Of a stretch of 64,000 bases of DNA, positions 39,152-48,376 are shown piece by piece. How positions within the stretch are numbered: the stretch's first letter is position 1; each line of letters opens with the position of its first letter. Source of the stretch: an uncultured Aliarcobacter sp. (GTDB taxonomy: Bacteria > Campylobacterota > Campylobacteria > Campylobacterales > Arcobacteraceae); the NCBI GenBank assembly GCA_963677435.1, contig OY781945.1, forward strand, positions 1,600,001-1,664,000, read 5' to 3'. A program made the translations under genes and the position numbers. The notes beneath the pieces were generated by a model, which ran no database searches, was not told the origin of the DNA, and was given only the letters and a program-made list of their open reading frames with translations.

Positions 39152-40984
39152 ATGAGTTATATATTAGGTATTTCTGCATATTATCATGATAGTGCAGCAG
39201 CATTAATTAAAAATGGTGAAATTATTTCAGCGGTACAAGAAGAACGATTCACAAGAAAAAAGAATGACCCTTCTTTCCCTATAAACTCAATTAAATATAT
39301 ATTAAGAGATTCAAATATAACTATTTCTGAAATTGATTATATTGTATTTTATGATAAGCCATTTCTTAAATTTGAAAGACTTTTAGAAACTTATTTATCA
39401 TTTGCACCAAGAGGACTTTTATCGTTTATAGTATCTATGCCTTTATGGCTAAAAGAAAAATTATTTTTAAAAAGAGATATAATTTCAGAACTTAAGTTGT
39501 TAGATAGTAATTTTAATGAAAAAAAACTTTTATTTAGTGAACATCATTTCAGTCATGCAGCAAGTGCTTTTTATCCATCAAATTTTAAAGAAGCAATTGT
39601 TTTGGTTGTTGATGGAGTAGGAGAATGGGTAACTAGTACTATTGCTATTGGCAAAGAATCGAACATAAATGTAGTAAAAGAGATTCATTTTCCACATTCT
39701 TTGGGATTATTATACTCCGCATTTACATATTATTGTGGATTTAAAGTTAATAGTGGAGAATATAAACTAATGGGTCTTGCACCATATGGTAAACCTGTAT
39801 ATGAAGATACAATACTAAATAATTTAATTGATTTGAAAGATGATGGCTCGTTTAAATTAAATCAAAAATATTTTAGCTACGCAACAGATTTAAAAATGAT
39901 AAACAATAGTTTTTGTAAATTATTTTCTATGCCTATTCGGAAACCAGATGAAGAGTTGACTCAATTTTATATGGATATTGCAGCTTCTATTCAATCTGTT
40001 ACCGAAACTATTATGCTAAAGATAACTCGTCATTTAGCAGATACATACAAGATTGAAAATCTTTGTTTAGCTGGTGGAGTTGCATTAAATTGTGTGGCAA
40101 ATGGTAAAATTTTTAAAGATAAAAGATTTAAGAATATATGGATACAACCTGCTGCTGGTGATTCAGGTGGCGCAATTGGTGCGGCATTAGCAGCATGGCA
40201 TATTGAATTAAAGAACCCTCGACTATATGGAAAAGGTGATTTAATGAAAGGTTCTTACTTAGGCCCTTCTTTTTCAGACAAGCAGGTAGAATTTCAAATA
40301 TCTTCTTTAAATGCAATTTATGAGATATTTGAAGAAAAAGATTTAATACAAAAAGTGGCAAAAGATTTATTAAATGGAAAAGCAGTGGGATGGTTTCAAG
40401 GTAAAATGGAATTTGGACCTAGAGCATTGGGTAATAGATCAATATTAGCAAATCCATTAATGCCTGAAATACAATCAAGATTAAATTTACAAATAAAAAA
40501 TAGAGAAAGTTTTCGTCCCTTTGCTCCCTCAATTTTAAGTGAAAATGTTAAAGAATGGTTTGATTTTGATGATTCTAGTCCTTATATGCTTTTTGTAGCA
40601 AATGTTAATGAAAATAAATTAAAAAAAATCTCTCAAGATGAAGAAAAAATAGAAGGTTTAAACAAACTAAAAATTGTTAGGTCTGAAATTCCTGCTGTAA
40701 CACACATTGATAACAGTGCAAGGCTTCAAACTGTACACAAAGAAACAAATCATAAATATCATTCTTTAATTAGTGCATTTAACGATCTTAGTGGCTGTCC
40801 GATATTGGTGAATACTTCTTTTAATGTAAGAGGAGAACCTATAGTTTGTACACCTAGAGATGCTTTTGAATGTTTTATTAGTACAGACATGGATATTTTA
40901 GTTATTAATAATTTTTATTTACAAAAAAATAAGCAACAGGTGAAAACAATATTGAATCAAAAAAATTTTGCAAAAGAAGATTAA
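39152..40984 (+). CDS. O-carbamoyltransferase (NodU/CmcH/TobZ/SxtI family)
   Basis: ILGISAYYHDSAA, EHH.SHAASAF, DG.GE, GEYK.MGLAPYG, GGVALN, EFGPRALGNRS, RE.FRPFAP and NTSFN..GEP. Start moved to ATG 39152. Confidence 0.95.
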   Translation: MSYILGISAYYHDSAAALIKNGEIISAVQEERFTRKKNDPSFPINSIKYILRDSNITISEIDYIVFYDKPFLKFERLLETYLSFAPRGLLSFIVSMPLWLKEKLFLKRDIISELKLLDSNFNEKKLLFSEHHFSHAASAFYPSNFKEAIVLVVDGVGEWVTSTIAIGKESNINVVKEIHFPHSLGLLYSAFTYYCGFKVNSGEYKLMGLAPYGKPVYEDTILNNLIDLKDDGSFKLNQKYFSYATDLKMINNSFCKLFSMPIRKPDEELTQFYMDIAASIQSVTETIMLKITRHLADTYKIENLCLAGGVALNCVANGKIFKDKRFKNIWIQPAAGDSGGAIGAALAAWHIELKNPRLYGKGDLMKGSYLGPSFSDKQVEFQISSLNAIYEIFEEKDLIQKVAKDLLNGKAVGWFQGKMEFGPRALGNRSILANPLMPEIQSRLNLQIKNRESFRPFAPSILSENVKEWFDFDDSSPYMLFVANVNENKLKKISQDEEKIEGLNKLKIVRSEIPAVTHIDNSARLQTVHKETNHKYHSLISAFNDLSGCPILVNTSFNVRGEPIVCTPRDAFECFISTDMDILVINNFYLQKNKQQVKTILNQKNFAKED

Positions 40985-40987
40985 TTT

Positions 40988-42079
40988 ATGAAAGAACCTT
41001 TAAAAATACTTTTTATAAATCTAGTTATTTTTTTTACTATTATTGGTTGTATATTTTTTATTCCTATATTAACTTTTCAAACATATCAACTTATAAAAAT
41101 CATTTTACCTCAATCGAAAGAGAATAAAAATATTTCACAAGAATTTTTAAAAGAATATAGGAATGTTCAATATAGATACCGAGATTTTGTAGTTAAAGAG
41201 CCTATCCCTTTTAATGGCAAAATTATTACAATACAACAAGATGGAAATAGATTTACAAGTTTACCTACAAATTATGATAAAAATGTTTCAAAATATCTTT
41301 TTTTTGGGTCATCTACAATATGGGGCTATGGTGTAGCCAATGAAAAAACTATTCCATCTATATTCGCAACAAAATATAATATGTACTCTCTAAATTATGC
41401 TGATGTTGGATACTCAGTAAGACAATCCTTAGAAAAACTTATAAATTTATATGTCGACTACGATGATTCTAGAAAAAATATTATTTTATTTAATGATGGA
41501 CCAATGGATGCATTCTTAATGAATACTCAAAAAGAATTAAAATTACATACAAGCTATACAAAAAATATAGAAGAAAGTATAAAATCAAATGCCCCTTTAT
41601 CATTTAGTTATTTAATAAATCCTTTAAATGAATTTATATCAAAGATTAACCCAAAATTTTCAAAAAAAGAAAATGAAGAAATGAATTTTGAAATGGATAA
41701 AGAAAAAATTGACTTTATAGTTAATCAAATAATAAAAACTTGGAATATTGCAAATAGTTTGGCTGTTTCTAGGAATGATCAATTTATTGCAATTTTGCCA
41801 CCTATTGCGTCTGTTGGAACACCTATCTTAAAAAATTTAACGACAAAAGATTTAAAGAAATTAGAAGAAATTGTATATATGAAAGAGCTGTATTCTTTAA
41901 TTATTAAAAATATGAACGAATATCCTAATATTAAATTCATAGATTTATCAGATATTTTCAATGATAAGTCAGAATGTTATAGTGATTTTTCTCATTATAC
42001 ATATCAAGGGAATATAATCTATGCTGAAGAACTTAAAAGAAGACTCGATAACATACTTTCTATAGGAGATAAAAAATGA
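40988..42079 (+). CDS. Membrane-anchored SGNH/GDSL-fold protein
   Basis: N-terminal TM helix, block I FFGSST.WG and C-terminal DxxH (DFSH). Confidence 0.75.
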   Translation: MKEPLKILFINLVIFFTIIGCIFFIPILTFQTYQLIKIILPQSKENKNISQEFLKEYRNVQYRYRDFVVKEPIPFNGKIITIQQDGNRFTSLPTNYDKNVSKYLFFGSSTIWGYGVANEKTIPSIFATKYNMYSLNYADVGYSVRQSLEKLINLYVDYDDSRKNIILFNDGPMDAFLMNTQKELKLHTSYTKNIEESIKSNAPLSFSYLINPLNEFISKINPKFSKKENEEMNFEMDKEKIDFIVNQIIKTWNIANSLAVSRNDQFIAILPPIASVGTPILKNLTTKDLKKLEEIVYMKELYSLIIKNMNEYPNIKFIDLSDIFNDKSECYSDFSHYTYQGNIIYAEELKRRLDNILSIGDKK

Positions 42080-43035
42080 AAGATATTTTAGTTAATACAA
42101 CTATTTTTATTTTTACTTTTATAATTATGCTTTTTGGAATTGAAGGAATTTTAAGAATTAAAAATTCTGATATGAAAAATTATAATATCGAGATGTGGAA
42201 ATATGCAAAAGAACTAAAAGTTAATAGTAACAATCCGGAATTAGGGCATGAGCATAAAAATTCTGCTCAGGCAACTTTGCAATCTGTAGTGATAAGAACT
42301 AATAATTTCGGTCTTAGAGGTCCTGATATAAATGAAAATAGAGAGAATAAAAGAAGAATACTTTTTCTAGGAAGCTCTGCAACATTAGGATGGGGAGTGA
42401 AAGAAGAAGAAACAATGACCTCTCTTTTAGGTGAAAAACTTGGCGAAAATGTAGAAGTTTTAAATGCAGGTATAGGTAACTATAATACTAGCCGATATAC
42501 TGAATTGTTTTTTACTAAATTAGAAATATTACATCCTACTGATATAGTTATTCATTATTTTTTAAACGATGTTGAAATATTAAAAGCTAACTCAGGGAAT
42601 TGGTTTTTGCGAAATAGTGAATTAGCTGTTACACTTTGGGATTTATTAAATCGAATAAATTATAAAAGTTTTTCAATCGAAGAGTATTACAATAATTTAT
42701 ATAAAAAAGATAATAAAGGTTTTGATTTAATGTTAAATTCTTTAAATAAACTTAGTAATTATGCAAAAACGAATAATATTAATATTTATTTTGTAATGAC
42801 GCCTGATATTCATGATATTACTAATTATAAATTTAAAAATATTCACAATATAATGAAAGAAATTGCGATGGAAAGAAACTTTACATATATAGATTTATTA
42901 GATTCTTTTGAGAATAATTATGAATCTTCAGCGCTGTGGGTGATGACAACAGACCCTCATCCTAATAAGAAAGCGCATAAAATTATGGCTGATGCTATTT
43001 ATCCTTATTTAATAAACAATAATCTTAATAATTGA
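42076..43035 (+). CDS. Membrane-anchored SGNH/GDSL-fold protein
   Basis: N-terminal TM helix, N..G.RG, FLGSS.T.GWGV, NAGIGNY, FLND and D.HPN...H...A. Confidence 0.85.
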   Translation: MKDILVNTTIFIFTFIIMLFGIEGILRIKNSDMKNYNIEMWKYAKELKVNSNNPELGHEHKNSAQATLQSVVIRTNNFGLRGPDINENRENKRRILFLGSSATLGWGVKEEETMTSLLGEKLGENVEVLNAGIGNYNTSRYTELFFTKLEILHPTDIVIHYFLNDVEILKANSGNWFLRNSELAVTLWDLLNRINYKSFSIEEYYNNLYKKDNKGFDLMLNSLNKLSNYAKTNNINIYFVMTPDIHDITNYKFKNIHNIMKEIAMERNFTYIDLLDSFENNYESSALWVMTTDPHPNKKAHKIMADAIYPYLINNNLNN

Positions 43036-43043
43036 GTATATAG

Positions 43044-44402
43044 TTGTTATTTAGTTCTTTAAACTTTTTTTATTTTTTTATAGTTTATCTATTAGTTTGG
43101 TTTTTAACACCAAAAAAATTCAAGATTACTATTATAGTTTTATTTAGTCTTTTTTTTTATGGATATTGGAATTATTACTATAGTCTTTTCCCTGTAGTAC
43201 TTACATTATTGGCTTATTTTTTTACTTTTTATATTAATACTTCAACTATATATATCAATAGAATTACACTTTTTTTATCTATATTTCTTGTATCAGTTCC
43301 TCTAATATATTTTAAATATTTTAATTTTATTTTTAATACGAATACCGTAAATTTATCTTTACCTTTAGGTATTTCTTTTATAACTTTTACATTAATATCT
43401 TATATAATTGATGTTTCAAAGAAAAGATATCCAATAGAAAAAAATTTTAATATATTACTAGGATATATTCTATTTTTCCCACAATTAATAGCTGGACCTA
43501 TTTTAAGACCAAGTGAACTCATCCCTCAACTAAAAAATCTTCCAATAGTTACAAATAAAATGCGTATATTAGCTATAACAATTTTTACTATTGGCTTAGC
43601 TAAGAAATTAATATTTGCAGATCAACTTGCTCCTTATGTTGATTCTGTGTATGCTAGTCCCACAACTGCTTTATATCATGAATGGTTGATAGCTATATAT
43701 GGATTTAGCGTTCAAATATATTGTGATTTTAGTGGATATAGTGATATGGCTATTGGTCTTGCGCTTTTTTTTGGAATTAAACTACCTATTAATTTTGATC
43801 GTCCTTATTTAGCTACATCTGTACCTGATATATGGAGAAAGTGGCATATCACTCTTTCGACTTGGTTTAGAGATTATATATATTTCCCAATTGCAGGTAG
43901 AAAGACAAATCTACAGTTACACTTTTTTGCGGCGCTCTTTACTATGACTGTTTGTGGTTTTTGGCATGGTGCTAGTTGGAATTTTATACTTTGGGGATTT
44001 TTGAATGGTCTTCTTGTCGCAATTACAAATTTATTACGAATAAAAAGAGTTAAAATTCCTTTTCCTACAGCATTAAAAATTTTTCTAACTTTTCATTGGT
44101 GGATTTTTTCAACTATTCTATTTCGATCAACTGACTTATCCAATGCGATGGATGTATGTGCTCAAGGAATAAATTGGACTACTTTTAATATATTTGCCTT
44201 AAAAGAGTATATCTTTCCTCTTCTTTTAATAGCTATATTTTTTATAAGTCATTATTTTGATCAATTTAGCCGTGTGGAAAAAATAACAAACCAAATTAAC
44301 AAAAAATATCTCTTTTTATTTTTATTTATGATTTGGATAATCGCCATTGTCCTTGGTAGTTCCAGTGAAGGATCAGAGAAGTTTATATACTTTGATTTTT
44401 AA
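43044..44402 (+). CDS. MBOAT O-acyltransferase (AlgI/PatA/DltB family)
   Basis: LPLGISF.TF, FFPQLIAGPI, Q.Y.DFSGYSD.A.G, W..WH..LS.W.RDY.Y, catalytic WHGA and C-terminal FIYFDF. Confidence 0.95.
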   Translation: MLFSSLNFFYFFIVYLLVWFLTPKKFKITIIVLFSLFFYGYWNYYYSLFPVVLTLLAYFFTFYINTSTIYINRITLFLSIFLVSVPLIYFKYFNFIFNTNTVNLSLPLGISFITFTLISYIIDVSKKRYPIEKNFNILLGYILFFPQLIAGPILRPSELIPQLKNLPIVTNKMRILAITIFTIGLAKKLIFADQLAPYVDSVYASPTTALYHEWLIAIYGFSVQIYCDFSGYSDMAIGLALFFGIKLPINFDRPYLATSVPDIWRKWHITLSTWFRDYIYFPIAGRKTNLQLHFFAALFTMTVCGFWHGASWNFILWGFLNGLLVAITNLLRIKRVKIPFPTALKIFLTFHWWIFSTILFRSTDLSNAMDVCAQGINWTTFNIFALKEYIFPLLLIAIFFISHYFDQFSRVEKITNQINKKYLFLFLFMIWIIAIVLGSSSEGSEKFIYFDF

Positions 44403-44669
44403 TAATTATTATAAGAAATGGGGAGAAGAAGACTTATTTAGATTTAGTTGCTTGATATAAATTTTCAAATTCTATTAAGTAGAAAAAATTGATATGAAGA
44501 TGAGTTTTAAAAATAAGTTTAAGTTTGTAAATAAATCTAAGTAATATCTAGTGTATATATTTCTCTATGTTTGATGTATTCAATTTATGAAATTTTAGAT
44601 TTTTACTAGAGTATTTATAACCTTCATTTTTTATACATAAACTGAATATTATCACCTGACCCTTTCCCT

Positions 44670-44768
44670 TTAATTTCTATTTTGTAATTTTTGAGTTAAA
44701 AAAGCCAAAGCAATTACAACAATTGCAACAATAACAAATCCTACAAGTTCATTTTCTAAATCTGACAC
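44670..44768 (-). CDS. Putative 32-aa single-TM small protein
   Basis: AGGA, 8 nt, GTG start; MSDLENELVGFVIVAIVVIALAFLTQKLQNRN*; downstream of the ABC ATPase on the same strand. Confidence 0.55.
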   Translation of the reverse strand: MSDLENELVGFVIVAIVVIALAFLTQKLQNRN

Positions 44769-44820
44769 TATTAAATTCCTAAAGTAATTTTTTTATTCAA
44801 CATTAAATTTTCTTAATAAA

Positions 44821-45609
44821 TTAGAAAATCTCTTCCACGTAATATCTATTATTTTTTACATTGATATGCACATTTGTATCAAATATTTCTGATAGGTTTT
44901 TGCTTGTTAAAATATCTTCTTTTTTCCCACTTTTATAAATAGAATTATTATAAATCAAAGCTACATTTTCTATCTCTTCAAAAATCTCTTCAAGGTGGTG
45001 AGTAACCAAAATAATAGAGCAAGTTTTTGATAACTTCTGAATCATTTTAATAAAATTTATTTGAGCTTTTATATCAAGGCCAACAGTTGGTTCATCAAGT
45101 ATAAAAGCTTTTGGATCATGGATTAATGCCCTTGCTACTATACATTTTCGCAGCTCTCCTGTAGACATCTCTTGAACATATTTATCAGCTAGATGTTCAA
45201 TTTCTAAAAATTTCATAGTTTCTTTTGCTTTTTCGTGCTGAGCTTCTGTAAAGTCTTGATGTTTAAAAACTCCAATAGAGCTGTAATGTCCACTTAAAAC
45301 TGTAATATAACCAGTTAAAAAGTTTCCATGTGTTGCAAAATAGTTATGTAAATCATTGGTAATGATTCCTAATTGTTTTTTTAGTTCAAAAATAGAGTAG
45401 GTTGCTTTTCCTAAAATCTCTTTTTTGAATTCATTTGTTCTTCTTGGATGAATCTCTGATTGGATTAGTTTCATTAGTGTTGATTTTCCACTTCCATTTG
45501 CTCCAAGTATTGCCCAGTGTTCATTTTCTTTTATTTTTAGAGTTATATCTTTTAATATAATTTTTTCGTCATATCCTACATTTATATTTTCAAAGTCAAT
45601 AATATTCAT
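44821..45609 (-). CDS. ABC transporter ATP-binding protein (ModF-like)
   Basis: GANGSGKST, MSTGE signature variant, ILDEP..GLD and VTHH. Start set to ATG 45609. Confidence 0.88.
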   Translation of the reverse strand: MNIIDFENINVGYDEKIILKDITLKIKENEHWAILGANGSGKSTLMKLIQSEIHPRRTNEFKKEILGKATYSIFELKKQLGIITNDLHNYFATHGNFLTGYITVLSGHYSSIGVFKHQDFTEAQHEKAKETMKFLEIEHLADKYVQEMSTGELRKCIVARALIHDPKAFILDEPTVGLDIKAQINFIKMIQKLSKTCSIILVTHHLEEIFEEIENVALIYNNSIYKSGKKEDILTSKNLSEIFDTNVHINVKNNRYYVEEIF

Positions 45610-45700
45610 AATTCTTCCTAATATATACATTTTCATGATACTACTAGCAAATATTTAATATAATCTTAAAATTAATAAAATCTATAAAAAAAGAGTAAAA

Positions 45701-46144
45701 ATGAAAGTTACAAGAGTAAAAAAATTAATGATTTCAGGAATTAGCACAGTTACAAACAATGAATTTGAAATGAGTGAAGAAAATGGGAAAATAGCACAAC
45801 TTTGGGAAGAATATTTTGCAAATGATGTTTATAAAAAAACATTTGACAAAGCAAACAGTGATTTTATGTATGGAGTTTATAGCAACTACGAATCAGATAC
45901 AAACGGAAACTACAAAGTAACAGTTGGAGTTGAAGTTACAAAACCAAAAAATGCTATTGTAATCGAAGATAAAAAATATTTAGTTTTCACAAAACAAGGT
46001 GAACTTCCAATGGTTGTCGTTGAGTTATGGGAAGAGATTTGGGATTATTTTGAAAAAAACAGCGAATATGAAAGAGCTTTTGAAGTAGATTTTGAAAAAT
46101 ATGCAAAAGAAAATGAGATAGAGATTTATGTTTCTATAAAATAG
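45701..46144 (+). CDS. GyrI-like small-molecule-binding protein
   Basis: I..LW..Y, YGVY.NYE, YLVF...G..P..V...W..IW and DFE.Y. Confidence 0.88.
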   Translation: MKVTRVKKLMISGISTVTNNEFEMSEENGKIAQLWEEYFANDVYKKTFDKANSDFMYGVYSNYESDTNGNYKVTVGVEVTKPKNAIVIEDKKYLVFTKQGELPMVVVELWEEIWDYFEKNSEYERAFEVDFEKYAKENEIEIYVSIK

Positions 46145-46158
46145 ATATTGGATAAAAG

Positions 46159-46602
46159 ATGTTAAATAAGTTTATTAGAAAAGCAGACTTTTCTGATGCT
46201 TCAAGATTAAGCCAAATAACAAATGAATTAACAAGCTATATCTTTGAAAAAGAAGTACCAAAATGGTTTGAAGAAGAACTTTTAGAAGAGAGTTTCAAAG
46301 AAAGAATTTTAAGTGATGAATACGAGCATTTTGTATATGTACAAGAAAATGAAATTGTAGGTTTTATAGCAATCAAAAATAAAAATCGACTTTTTCATCT
46401 TTTTGTAGATTCAAAACATCATAAAATAGGAATTGCAAAAGGGCTTTGGAATTATATTAAAGAGCATTATGATATTTCAAATATGAGCGTAAATGCGTCA
46501 CTTTATGCCATTAAAACCTATGAATCTTTTGGTTTTAAAACTACTGGTGAACAAAGTGAATATTTAGGTTTGAAGTATCAACCAATGAGTTATAAATACT
46601 AA
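46159..46602 (+). CDS. GNAT family N-acetyltransferase
   Basis: IVGFI, LFV....H..GIA..L and NAS.YA...YE.FGF. Confidence 0.9.
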   Translation: MLNKFIRKADFSDASRLSQITNELTSYIFEKEVPKWFEEELLEESFKERILSDEYEHFVYVQENEIVGFIAIKNKNRLFHLFVDSKHHKIGIAKGLWNYIKEHYDISNMSVNASLYAIKTYESFGFKTTGEQSEYLGLKYQPMSYKY

Positions 46603-47090
46603 ATAATTCTGAAAATAAATCTTTTATTATTATTATTGATTATGATAAAAAATATTTAAAACAAATAGTTGAACTTTTTATAAATACAGTTCATAATATA
46701 AATAAAAAAGATTACACAAAAGAACAACTAAACGCTTGGGCAAATCCAAAGTATGATTTGAATACTTGGAAAAAAAGATTTGAAAAATCAAAACCACATC
46801 TGTGTATGCTAGAAGATGAAGTAGTAGGCTTTTGTGAGTATTATGATGGTTATATTGATTGCTTTTATATTCATTTTAAATATCAAGGTTGTGGAGTAGG
46901 AAAACTTCTATTAACTCATGTTTTAGAACTTGGAAAAAACAATAAAATAGATAAAATCAAAGTTGATGCAAGTATCACAGCAAAGCTATTTTTTGAGAAG
47001 TTTGGATTTATACAAGTTAGAGAAAATTTGGTTAAAAGAGAAAATGTTGAGTTGAAAAATTTTAGTATGGAAAAGGATTTGAAAAAATAA
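46596..47090 (+). CDS. GNAT acetyltransferase (YafP-like) lacking a canonical start; possible pseudogene
   Basis: Frame is open from ATA 46596 and includes LF..TVH.IN..DY..EQ..AWA upstream of the track's TTG start, then Q.CG.G..LL and AS.TA..FF...GF. Confidence 0.7.
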   Translation: MLNNSENKSFIIIIDYDKKYLKQIVELFINTVHNINKKDYTKEQLNAWANPKYDLNTWKKRFEKSKPHLCMLEDEVVGFCEYYDGYIDCFYIHFKYQGCGVGKLLLTHVLELGKNNKIDKIKVDASITAKLFFEKFGFIQVRENLVKRENVELKNFSMEKDLKK

Positions 47091-47669
47091 TATAATTTGT
47101 AAGATTCTTTTTTAAAGGTAAATTAAAAAGTGTGATAAAACTGATAGTTATACAATGTATAAATATTTCATTTTTCCTTTTTAATTTAATTTTATGGTAC
47201 AAAGTGTAACATTTCTTTTATTCATAATTATTGAAACAAAATCCAACATATAATCTCTTTTTATTTTATCTTTTAAAATTACTATTTCGTTTCTAAAATA
47301 AAGATATTTGATTACTTAATTAGTATTTATATTTTTGTACATCTATCTTATTATTAATTATTTATACTAAGTAAAATAAAACTTGTATGAATATGAATTG
47401 AATAATATTATTGCAAATGGATAAATCTAATTTAGATTAAAAAAAATGTGATTAGTTGAATTAAATTTTTTAATTTAACTAAGAACGATAACATTGTAAA
47501 TGTTATCTTAACTCCTTATATCCCTGATTTAAAAACGAAACTTCATTTACTAAAAAATTCTATTTGTAAATTTCAAAAACTTTTTTTGGAAAAGTTTGTT
47601 TAAAAACGAATTGAACAAAATCAAATACTTAAAATCTATTTTTATCTTAAACGAAAAAAGGATTTAAAA

Positions 47670-48104
47670 ATGGATTTACAAAATACAATAAAAGTAGAAT
47701 TTGCTAAATATAAAAAGTTTCTATATAAAAAACTTACTACCTATGTGATGATAAGTATAAAAAACAAAGTCAAAGAAAATAAAATCATCAAAGATAATTT
47801 TGTTTCAAAAATAAATGAGTTGGTTGATATTGAAAATAAAACACCACAACAAAAACAAATTATCAAAAATTATGCCTATATGTTTAAAAATACAAAAGTG
47901 AATTGGTTAGGTTTAAAATTAGGCTTATCAAATAAAATGGCATTACAACTAAACAATGAGATATATTTACTATATGTTCAAAGTGTAAAAAAATATCATA
48001 GTGATTATGAATTTAGTTTATATGGTGAAAATCTAGTAAGTAATGATTTACTAAAAAAATACATTTCAAAGATTTTGAAATGGTGCAAAAAAAAATTACA
48101 ATAG
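47670..48104 (+). CDS. Hypothetical basic protein of the mobile element
   Basis: AAGGA ribosome-binding site, 144 aa; first gene of the unit that ends in the relaxase relic. Confidence 0.55.
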   Translation: MDLQNTIKVEFAKYKKFLYKKLTTYVMISIKNKVKENKIIKDNFVSKINELVDIENKTPQQKQIIKNYAYMFKNTKVNWLGLKLGLSNKMALQLNNEIYLLYVQSVKKYHSDYEFSLYGENLVSNDLLKKYISKILKWCKKKLQ

Positions 48105-48105
48105 A

Positions 48106-48376
48106 ATGAGTCAAATCAAAAAAGTTGAAAAACTTTATAATCAAAAATACTATTTAGAACACAAAGAAGAAAAAGGTATCAAATTAAGAGATGAAGTAAA
48201 CAAAATAAATGGTGCAATTGGTTTTAAAATATGCTTTAGATTTAGTTGCACTAAGTGAAAAAATTACTATCAAAACTGTAAAAAACATTTTAGAACTAAA
48301 TAATGAAAATTTAGGAACTATACAAATTTCAATTTACTTAAGAGAGCTAAAAGATGAAGGATTGATTGATGAGTAA
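48106..48376 (+). pseudogene. Frameshifted small protein upstream of the relaxase
   Basis: MSQIKKVEKLYNQKYY... continues in another frame as ...LRELKDEGLIDE*, overlapping the relaxase ATG. Confidence 0.4.

Noticed and set aside
38618..40984. Saxitoxin biosynthesis cluster, suggested by sxtI/J/K-like genes
   Set aside because: No sxtA, sxtG, sxtB or other core genes are in the window; the context is MBOAT/SGNH envelope modification.
44640..44672. CCTGACCC motif as a REP-like element or right island boundary
   Set aside because: Single short occurrence with no partner repeat and no convincing match to the tRNA 3' end.
45701..47090. Integron cassette array (GyrI-like and GNAT genes are typical cassette cargo)
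   Set aside because: The genes are 14 nt apart or overlapping, leaving no room for attC sites, and the nearby recombinase relic shows no recognisable IntI features.
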